Source of the DNA: a virus
Length of the DNA: 64,000 nucleotides
IMG/VR virus record: IMGVR_UViG_3300020187_003193
Reading direction: 5' to 3' (one strand)
Under the pieces are notes generated by a model that was not told the origin of the DNA, did not search any database, and worked only from the letters and a program-made list of their open reading frames with translations. A program made the translations under genes and the position numbers. Position 1 is the first letter of the stretch, and each line of letters starts with the position of its first letter. This document shows positions 58,419 to 64,000 of the stretch, in pieces.

Positions 58419-58977
58419 ATACCCTGGAGTAAAGATTTGGGATGATTTATTAGATGATAAATTTATAGTAGAAATAGATAAAGAATCTGATGAATATGAT
58501 TGGAGAATAAATAATATTGCTGGTAATTTTACTTATCCTTATGGACATAAAGGTGCACATTTGATGTGGGGTTGTACTCTTTATCGTAAATATAGCAATG
58601 GTTATATAGAAAATAGATGTCCAATTAATATATATGATCTTTATTTATACTTAACTAAAACAATTATAAAACAACCATTTGAGCTAACTACTATCCAGTT
58701 AAATGCCCAATCTTTAGGTCAAGATGGAAGTGTGCATATAGATAGTAATTCTGATTATACTTTAATGGTTTTACTAAATTCTAAATGGGACTCTAAATGG
58801 GGTGGTGATTTTCAAATTTTAGAAACTCTTGATGATTCATCTAAAACTATTAAATCTATAAGTTACACTCCAGGTAGAATTGTATTTTTTAAAGGAGATA
58901 TTCCACATAGAGGACTAGCTCCTATTGAACCTTATATTGTACGAAAAACATTAGTATATAGACTAAATAAAATATGA
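58402..58977 (+). CDS. 2OG-Fe(II) oxygenase (prolyl-hydroxylase-like)
   Basis: HxD motif HIDS, WGGDF, PGRIVFF, distal His PHRG, and R.TLVY. Confidence 0.85.
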   Translation: MKPTLEYPGVKIWDDLLDDKFIVEIDKESDEYDWRINNIAGNFTYPYGHKGAHLMWGCTLYRKYSNGYIENRCPINIYDLYLYLTKTIIKQPFELTTIQLNAQSLGQDGSVHIDSNSDYTLMVLLNSKWDSKWGGDFQILETLDDSSKTIKSISYTPGRIVFFKGDIPHRGLAPIEPYIVRKTLVYRLNKI

Positions 58978-59849
58978 ACAGACTAGATGAACAGTATAGA
59001 GGTTTATTATCCGAAGTACTCCACAATGGAGTAGAAAAAGAAGATAGAACTGGTACAGGTACCTTATCTCGATTTGGAATGTCTATTAGGCACGATATGT
59101 CTAGAGGTTTTCCTATCTTAACTACTAAAAAAGTAGCTTGGAAAACAATGGTAACCGAGTTAAAATGGTTTCTAAGAGGTGATACTAACATCAAGTACTT
59201 GGTAGATAATGGGTGTAACATTTGGAATGGTGATGCTTATAAAAACTATTGTAAGTTACAAGTTCCTCACGATCATTTTGAAACTCAAGAGGAGTTTATA
59301 GAATTAATCAAAACTAATGAAAGTTTTGCAAATAAGTGGGGTGAATTAGGACCTATTTACGGTAAGCAGTGGAGAGATATAAACGGTATTGACCAACTAG
59401 AAGAACTCATTATAGGCCTCATTAATAATCCAAACGGAAGAAGACATATAGTTGATTCTTGGAATTCAGAGCATTTACACCTTATGACCTTACCTCCTTG
59501 TCATTATAGTTTCCAATGTTACGTAGCAGATGGTAAATTAAGTTTAATGTGGAACCAACGTTCAGCAGATTTATTTTTAGGCGTACCGTTTAACATCAGT
59601 AGTTATGGTCTTTTATTGCATTTACTATGCAAAGAAACAGGATATAAACCAGGTCATTTAATTGGTTCGTTCGGCGATATACATCTTTATAAAAATCATA
59701 TTGAACAAGCTAAAGAACAAATTAGTAGAGATGGCTTTGAATTACCTGAATTAGATATAGTTTGTTATGACATTTATACAGGTGATTTTGATGCTGAATT
59801 AATAAATTATAAATCACATCCTGCTATTAAAGCTCCTTTATCAAATTAA
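58974..59849 (+). CDS. thyA: Thymidylate synthase (copy 2)
   Basis: DRTGTGT, FPILTTK, LGPIYGKQW, LPPCH, NQRSAD.FLGVPFN and GDIHLY.NH. Confidence 0.95.
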   Translation: MNRLDEQYRGLLSEVLHNGVEKEDRTGTGTLSRFGMSIRHDMSRGFPILTTKKVAWKTMVTELKWFLRGDTNIKYLVDNGCNIWNGDAYKNYCKLQVPHDHFETQEEFIELIKTNESFANKWGELGPIYGKQWRDINGIDQLEELIIGLINNPNGRRHIVDSWNSEHLHLMTLPPCHYSFQCYVADGKLSLMWNQRSADLFLGVPFNISSYGLLLHLLCKETGYKPGHLIGSFGDIHLYKNHIEQAKEQISRDGFELPELDIVCYDIYTGDFDAELINYKSHPAIKAPLSN

Positions 59850-59866
59850 AATGGACGAAGACGAAT

Positions 59867-60103
59867 ATGACGCAATCGCAAACGATGAAGACAACGGACA
59901 AACAGTCGAAGACTAAAGAAATAGTTTGCCACAAATGCAATAAACCCGCTACTGGAAGATACTCTCCAGATATGGATATAGCAGGTTTAGCGTTTTGTGA
60001 TGAACATAAAGAGTTAATGGCTGCTGCTTTTTATTGTCTTTTACAAGATGATATGGAGACATTCAATCAGCTTATGGGGACAGACTTGGCTACCCAAGAA
60101 TAG
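59867..60103 (+). CDS. Small protein with a possible Zn-binding motif
   Basis: CHKC...FCDEH. Start codon uncertain. Confidence 0.5.
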   Translation: MTQSQTMKTTDKQSKTKEIVCHKCNKPATGRYSPDMDIAGLAFCDEHKELMAAAFYCLLQDDMETFNQLMGTDLATQE

Positions 60104-60116
60104 GTTCGTATATTTA
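60085..60116 (+). promoter_or_regulatory. Bacteroidota-type early promoter
   Basis: CTTG-N20-TATATTTA, with a CTTGG/CCAAG inverted repeat, followed by AAAATAAAGGTTATATG. Confidence 0.68.
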
Positions 60117-60141
60117 CGGGTAAATAAAAAATAAAGGTTAT

Positions 60142-60366
60142 ATGGCTAGAGAATCAAGTTATCCCAAAATCCCAATTAGTATTGTATTCGCTACATCTAA
60201 AAATTCGAATGCAAAGATTAAAATTAAAACAATTCGCAATAGAACTATTGACGATTTGATAGATTGTAATTATATTATACCCGGTATTCCCGCAAAAGCA
60301 ATTATTAAAGAAGTTGGTATGGGGGAAATATTCATTAATCGATATAAGCAGAAATATGGTATTTAA
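60142..60366 (+). CDS. Small basic hypothetical protein
   Basis: 74 aa following a promoter. Confidence 0.55.
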   Translation: MARESSYPKIPISIVFATSKNSNAKIKIKTIRNRTIDDLIDCNYIIPGIPAKAIIKEVGMGEIFINRYKQKYGI

Positions 60367-60871
60367 TCCTACATTATCACGTTCTCGTTTACAAAAGGAG
60401 TTTTCTAAATTACAGAAACTCAACTACAATCAATTTCGTTGGTGGAGAATGTATGATGTCAAAAAGAAACCATTAGATAGTCGTCAACCACTTCGCGATC
60501 GTATTTTAAATGGTGATTTTAATTTTTCACATTTTTGGTATCAAGCAGCATGGGTTGAACATGATTTAAACGATTTAGAAATCGAATGTAATGGTGATGA
60601 TGGGTTATTTGTGGAAAAAGGTGCTGTATTAAGAGCACGTCGCAAACGTTTACTTGAAGATTTTGAAAAAGATGAATTTGATAAATTAAATTCCTTATAT
60701 AATGAATTCCCTAAATACTTTCGTGTTAGCAAGGACCAAGTAAAAGAGGAGATGGCGAATTTTAGTGGTTCCCTGATTGATTTTTATTATCATATGGATG
60801 AAAAATATAAAATAGTACATATAAGTTATGAGCAAATTAAAAAAAGAGGTAGACCTAGAAAAACTGCCTAA
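60356..60871 (+). CDS. Hypothetical phage protein
   Basis: Probable start ATG 60356. YNQFRWWR...NGDF.FS.F. Confidence 0.6.
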   Translation: MVFNPTLSRSRLQKEFSKLQKLNYNQFRWWRMYDVKKKPLDSRQPLRDRILNGDFNFSHFWYQAAWVEHDLNDLEIECNGDDGLFVEKGAVLRARRKRLLEDFEKDEFDKLNSLYNEFPKYFRVSKDQVKEEMANFSGSLIDFYYHMDEKYKIVHISYEQIKKRGRPRKTA

Positions 60872-61016
60872 CCCGAGATTACACCAAATCATCTCATTTA
60901 TTAAATCAGGAATCCGTATTGCGGCTTGCGTAGCAGCAGTATTTGGGTATTTTGAAGCTGGATTCACAGGATTACTCCTAGCTGAATTAGTAGGAATTTA
61001 TGAAGAAATGGTATGA
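60828..61016 (+). CDS. Small membrane protein
   Basis: HQIISFIKSGIRI...LLLAELVGIYEEMV, with a hydrophobic segment. Confidence 0.6.
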   Translation: MSKLKKEVDLEKLPNPRLHQIISFIKSGIRIAACVAAVFGYFEAGFTGLLLAELVGIYEEMV

Positions 61017-61192
61017 GCCAGAGTTTTATAATTAGCGCAACTGCCTTTACTATTATTATGGTTATATTCCATATTATAAAAGATGTATTTTTATCCACTA
61101 AACTTACTCCTGAATTAAGGGCAAAAGTAAATAAAAGATGGCTTATTAGTACAGGTATAGGTTTATTTTTATTATATTTAATTTATGCCTAG
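61013..61192 (+). CDS. Small two-TM membrane protein, 59 aa (not in ORF track)
   Basis: MSQSFIISATAFTIIMVIFHIIK...WLISTGIGLFLLYLIYA*, with an ATGA overlap. Confidence 0.55.
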   Translation: MSQSFIISATAFTIIMVIFHIIKDVFLSTKLTPELRAKVNKRWLISTGIGLFLLYLIYA

Positions 61193-61316
61193 AGGAAAAC
61201 AAATTGATTGTGCTATGGCTTCACCTACATATAGACAAATTTTAAAAGAAGTATCTAAAGGCTACCAGTTTATACCTTGTAATAAAACAAATAAAATTAT
61301 TAGAGTAAAAAAATGA
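61185..61316 (+). CDS. Small basic hypothetical protein, 43 aa (not in ORF track)
   Basis: MPRGKQIDCAMASPTYRQILKEVSKGYQFIPCNKTNKIIRVKK*. Overlaps both neighbours and fills the gap. Confidence 0.45.
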   Translation: MPRGKQIDCAMASPTYRQILKEVSKGYQFIPCNKTNKIIRVKK

Positions 61317-61903
61317 GTAAAATAATAAACCCCTTTCGTATTTCTATTTATACAAATTATGTAAATGAATCTTACTTTAATTCTATTAAAAGTGAAGTAT
61401 TGCTTTTTATTAAAAAAAATAAAGATAGCCTAATTAAAAGCCCCAATTGGATAGGTGATACTTTAACTAATATAGATTCATGTAAATCAAAAACTATCAA
61501 TACTCCACTTTTAAGTAAAGTTATTAAAACTGAAGTGGAAAATTATATAAAAACATCAAATAGTTTTAATCCTTTAATTAAAAATTTAAGTTTAGAAGAT
61601 TTATGGGTTAATGTAGCTAAACCAAATCAATACCAAGAAACACATGATCATACTGGAAGTTTAATTAGTGGTACTTTATATATAGATGTAAATAATCAAA
61701 GTGGCAGTTTTCAATTTCTTAACCCTTTAAACTCAGAATTTGCTTTACAAGGATTAAAAGGAGGAATTAATTATGTTCATAATATTAATCCTAGTAATGG
61801 AATGATACTTTTATTTCCTAGTTGGATGCAACATAGAGTTTTACCAAATAAATCTACTAAAGACCGCATTTCAATATCATTTAATATAATATCTAAATTT
61901 TAA
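61313..61903 (+). CDS. Putative 2OG-Fe(II) oxygenase
   Basis: WVN...YQETHDH...ISGTLYI...P..GMILLFPSWMQHRV...RISISFNI. Confidence 0.85.
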   Translation: MSKIINPFRISIYTNYVNESYFNSIKSEVLLFIKKNKDSLIKSPNWIGDTLTNIDSCKSKTINTPLLSKVIKTEVENYIKTSNSFNPLIKNLSLEDLWVNVAKPNQYQETHDHTGSLISGTLYIDVNNQSGSFQFLNPLNSEFALQGLKGGINYVHNINPSNGMILLFPSWMQHRVLPNKSTKDRISISFNIISKF

Positions 61904-61906
61904 AAA

Positions 61907-62152
61907 ATGAAAAAAATCCTATACTTTAGTGCCGCGTGGTGTGGACCTTGTAAAATGTTAGGCCCAATAATGGAATCCTTATCAGGCCAAATTAATTACG
62001 AAAAAATTGACGTTGATAATAACCAAGATTTATCTATCCAATATGGTGTTAGAAATATTCCTACTCTAGTACTTGTGGAAAATGGAGAAGCTGTTGGTAG
62101 ATTAGTAGGAGTACAATCAAAAGAAGCTATACTTGAGTTTTATAATAGGTAA
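61907..62152 (+). CDS. trxA: Thioredoxin
   Basis: FSAAWCGPCK, EKIDVD and VRNIPTL. Confidence 0.93.
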   Translation: MKKILYFSAAWCGPCKMLGPIMESLSGQINYEKIDVDNNQDLSIQYGVRNIPTLVLVENGEAVGRLVGVQSKEAILEFYNR

Positions 62153-62393
62153 ATCTTGTATTGGAATTAAAGATGGGGCATGTATTCAAGCATGCCCTGT
62201 TGATTGTATTCACATAGGTGAACAACAAATGTATATTGATCCTGAAGAATGTATAGATTGTGGTGCTTGTGTACCTGAATGCCCAGTAGAGGCAATTTTT
62301 GAAGACGAACAAGAAGCTATTGATGCTGGAGAATTAGATTCAGTAAAAGCAAATTATAAATATTTTAATCTAAGTTATGGAACAAATAATTGA
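62133..62393 (+). CDS. 7Fe/8Fe ferredoxin (FdxA-like), TTG start
   Basis: C-x7-C-x3-CPVDCIH and IDPEECIDCGACVPECPVEAIF. Confidence 0.88.
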   Translation: MSFIIGKSCIGIKDGACIQACPVDCIHIGEQQMYIDPEECIDCGACVPECPVEAIFEDEQEAIDAGELDSVKANYKYFNLSYGTNN

Positions 62394-62592
62394 AATCAAG
62401 AAAAACAAGTCAAATTATGTACAAATTGAACTTCGTGAATATGAAGGACATAAGTATGTAGATGTAAGAGAATTTTACGATGCTGAAGATGGTAAACGTT
62501 TACCTACTAAAAAAGGTATAACTTTTTCACCTAAAGTGTTGGAGGAGGTAATAGATGGTCTTACATTATTAAAAAATCAAATAGATGGGTAA
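62377..62592 (+). CDS. PC4/Sub1-like ssDNA-binding protein
   Basis: EYEGHKYVDVREFY...LPTKKGITF. Confidence 0.8.
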   Translation: MEQIIEIKKNKSNYVQIELREYEGHKYVDVREFYDAEDGKRLPTKKGITFSPKVLEEVIDGLTLLKNQIDG

Positions 62593-63049
62593 ATATACAT
62601 CAACAAAAGTATTCGACGGATTCAGTTGTGTATTCCGTCAATGGAAAGCAGAAACAACACATTGTAGATTTTTACATGGTTATGGAGTATCCTTTAAACT
62701 ATGGTTCGAAGGTGAACTAGACGATAGAAACTGGGTTTGGGACTTTGGTGGTATGAAAAGAGCTAAAGGGCAAATTGATGGTATGTCTCCTAAGGCTTGG
62801 ATGGACTATATGTTTGACCATACTTTCTTAGTAGCAGAAGATGATCCATTTGTAGAATCCTTCTTAAAAATGAATGAAGTAGGTGCTGCCCAAGTTCGTG
62901 TTATACCAGCCACAGGTGCAGAACGTTTTGCTCAATTTATCTATGATAAACTAAACCCATTTATTCAAGAAGAAACAGATGGTAGAGTTAAAGTGTTAAA
63001 GGTTGAATTCAGAGAACACGGTAAAAACAGTGCTATATATGAAGGTTAG
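62585..63049 (+). CDS. queD: 6-carboxy-5,6,7,8-tetrahydropterin synthase (QueD/PTPS family)
   Basis: THCRFLHGY, WVWDFG, FDHT and VEFREH.KN.A.Y. Confidence 0.88.
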   Translation: MGKYTSTKVFDGFSCVFRQWKAETTHCRFLHGYGVSFKLWFEGELDDRNWVWDFGGMKRAKGQIDGMSPKAWMDYMFDHTFLVAEDDPFVESFLKMNEVGAAQVRVIPATGAERFAQFIYDKLNPFIQEETDGRVKVLKVEFREHGKNSAIYEG

Positions 63050-63833
63050 CCATGAGGTTCCACGTTGTCTGTTAAATAATAGTCGTGAATTTAACGATTA
63101 TGATTATTGTTTACCTCATCTTTTAGATCAAGATGAAAGATATAAAAATTTCTTCCTTGAATCTAAAGAAATGGGACGTTACATTATAATGGATAATTCA
63201 CTTCATGAATTAGGACAAGCATATGACCATAAACGTTTATTACATTGGATCCAAGAATTAGAACCAGATGAATTTATTGTACCCGATGTTTGGATGAAAC
63301 AGGCTCAAACTTGTGCTCAAGCAAAATACTGGTTACAATACAAATATCCTAAGAAAACTAAAATCACAGCTGTAGTACAAGGCGAGGATAGACAATCAGC
63401 CTTTTTATGTGCTACTTTACTTAAAGATTTAGGATATGATAAGCTTTGTATTTCATATGGCGCTACTTGGTATGGTGATACTGATTTAAATAAAGCACTT
63501 GGTAGAATGGGGTTTGTGAATGAGTTACTAAAAGATAAACAGTTTAAAGATATTAAACTTCATTTATTAGGATGTGCTGTACCTCAAGAATTTGGATGGT
63601 ATTATAATAACCCACAAATTGAATCAATAGATACTTCAAACCCTATTATGGCTGCTTTAGAAGGTATTAAGTATAGTCCTATGGGCTTACTTATAAAGCC
63701 TGAAGCAAATATGAATGAATATTTTGATATTAATCCTTATAAAGTTAATTATGAGGATGTTTTAAAAAATGTAAAACTATTTCGTAAAATTAATGGATTA
63801 GCCTATATCCAAAACATACCTGGCACAAATTAA
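63039..63833 (+). CDS. dpdA: TGT-fold transglycosylase, DpdA-like (7-deazaguanine DNA insertion)
   Basis: TGT-like motifs IIMDNS, IVPDV, AVVQG, LHLLG and SIDTS. Flanked by queD and queC. Probable start ATG 63039. Confidence 0.6.
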   Translation: MKVSHEVPRCLLNNSREFNDYDYCLPHLLDQDERYKNFFLESKEMGRYIIMDNSLHELGQAYDHKRLLHWIQELEPDEFIVPDVWMKQAQTCAQAKYWLQYKYPKKTKITAVVQGEDRQSAFLCATLLKDLGYDKLCISYGATWYGDTDLNKALGRMGFVNELLKDKQFKDIKLHLLGCAVPQEFGWYYNNPQIESIDTSNPIMAALEGIKYSPMGLLIKPEANMNEYFDINPYKVNYEDVLKNVKLFRKINGLAYIQNIPGTN

Positions 63834-63843
63834 ATTAAATAAC

Positions 63844-64000
63844 ATGGCAAAACACGTCGTAGTTTCATTAAGTGGAGGAATGGATAGTTCCACACTATTA
63901 TTAAGAGCATTATCTGAATACGATACTGTAACTGGTATCTCATTCGATTATGGTCAAAAACATAGAGTTGAGTTAGAAAGAGCTCAATCATTAATCGATT
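63844..64000 (+). CDS. queC: 7-cyano-7-deazaguanine synthase, N-terminal part (truncated by the window edge)
   Basis: [14 protein letters not shown]...[16 protein letters not shown]. Confidence 0.9.
   Translation, partial: MAKHVVVSLSGGMDSSTLLLRALSEYDTVTGISFDYGQKHRVELERAQSLID

Noticed and set aside
49798-59849. One thyA copy as a dCMP/dUMP hydroxymethylase
   Set aside because: Both keep the Asn of PFN and canonical ThyA motifs, with no Asp substitution typical of dCMP-specific enzymes. A modified role is left only as a weak possibility.
49798-59849. Group I introns, inteins or homing endonucleases in thyA, nrdA, nrdB, recA or helicase
   Set aside because: All ORFs are continuous and of normal or short length. 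No intein termini or HNH/GIY-YIG/LAGLIDADG motifs were seen.
59851-59916. 21-aa acidic micro-ORF (MDEDEYDAIANDEDNGQTVED) after thyA copy 2
   Set aside because: Too short, and it overlaps the start region of the 59867 ORF. Coding status cannot be decided from sequence alone.
1-64000. Stop-codon reassignment, tRNA genes, rRNA
   Set aside because: Genes are intact under code 11, with TAA, TAG and TGA all used as real stops. Intergenic gaps are short and I saw no cloverleaf or rRNA-like stretch. A tRNAscan run would confirm.

Overview
This 64 kb window is part of a large lytic, T4-architecture myovirus genome. It is AT-rich, uses the standard genetic code, and all supported genes but one lie on the + strand. 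The host is probably Bacteroidota (Flavobacteriia-like): nine TTTG/xTTG-N19-20-TATATT promoters match the Bacteroidota sigma70 layout, leaders lack Shine-Dalgarno sequences, and there is a Bacteroidota-type lipoprotein. Bases 1-45018 are the virion module: portal C-terminus, prohead core genes, protease, scaffold, gp23-like capsid, PhoH, neck and terminator, a two-domain glycosyltransferase, four very long fibre genes, sheath, tube, a frameshifted tail chaperone, tape measure and baseplate. Bases 45054-54851 cover replication and nucleotide metabolism: a compact atypical PolA, gp32-like SSB, RecA/UvsX, 5'-3' exonuclease, ThyA, DnaB-like helicase, NrdB and NrdA. Bases 54941-64000 are accessory genes: a lipoprotein, small early ORFs, two 2OG-Fe(II) oxygenases, a second ThyA, thioredoxin, ferredoxin, a PC4-like protein and the start of a 7-deazaguanine cluster (QueD, DpdA-like, QueC). 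The main candidate for a new system is phage-encoded virion O-glycosylation: a GT4 plus AAH/TibC-type transferase next to Ser/Thr-only Gly-X-Y fibres, with an (S/T)-(G/A)-S tripeptide concentrated in predicted surface-exposed virion domains. Other notable signals are a 17-residue copy of the mature capsid N-arm in a second head gene, a +1/-2 tail-chaperone frameshift at a T7 run, a strand-specific ATATTTAT late motif, a twin-loop structured leader before the scaffold gene, and a thumb-less PolA with an altered steric gate. All assignments come from reading motifs by eye; no database searches were run.
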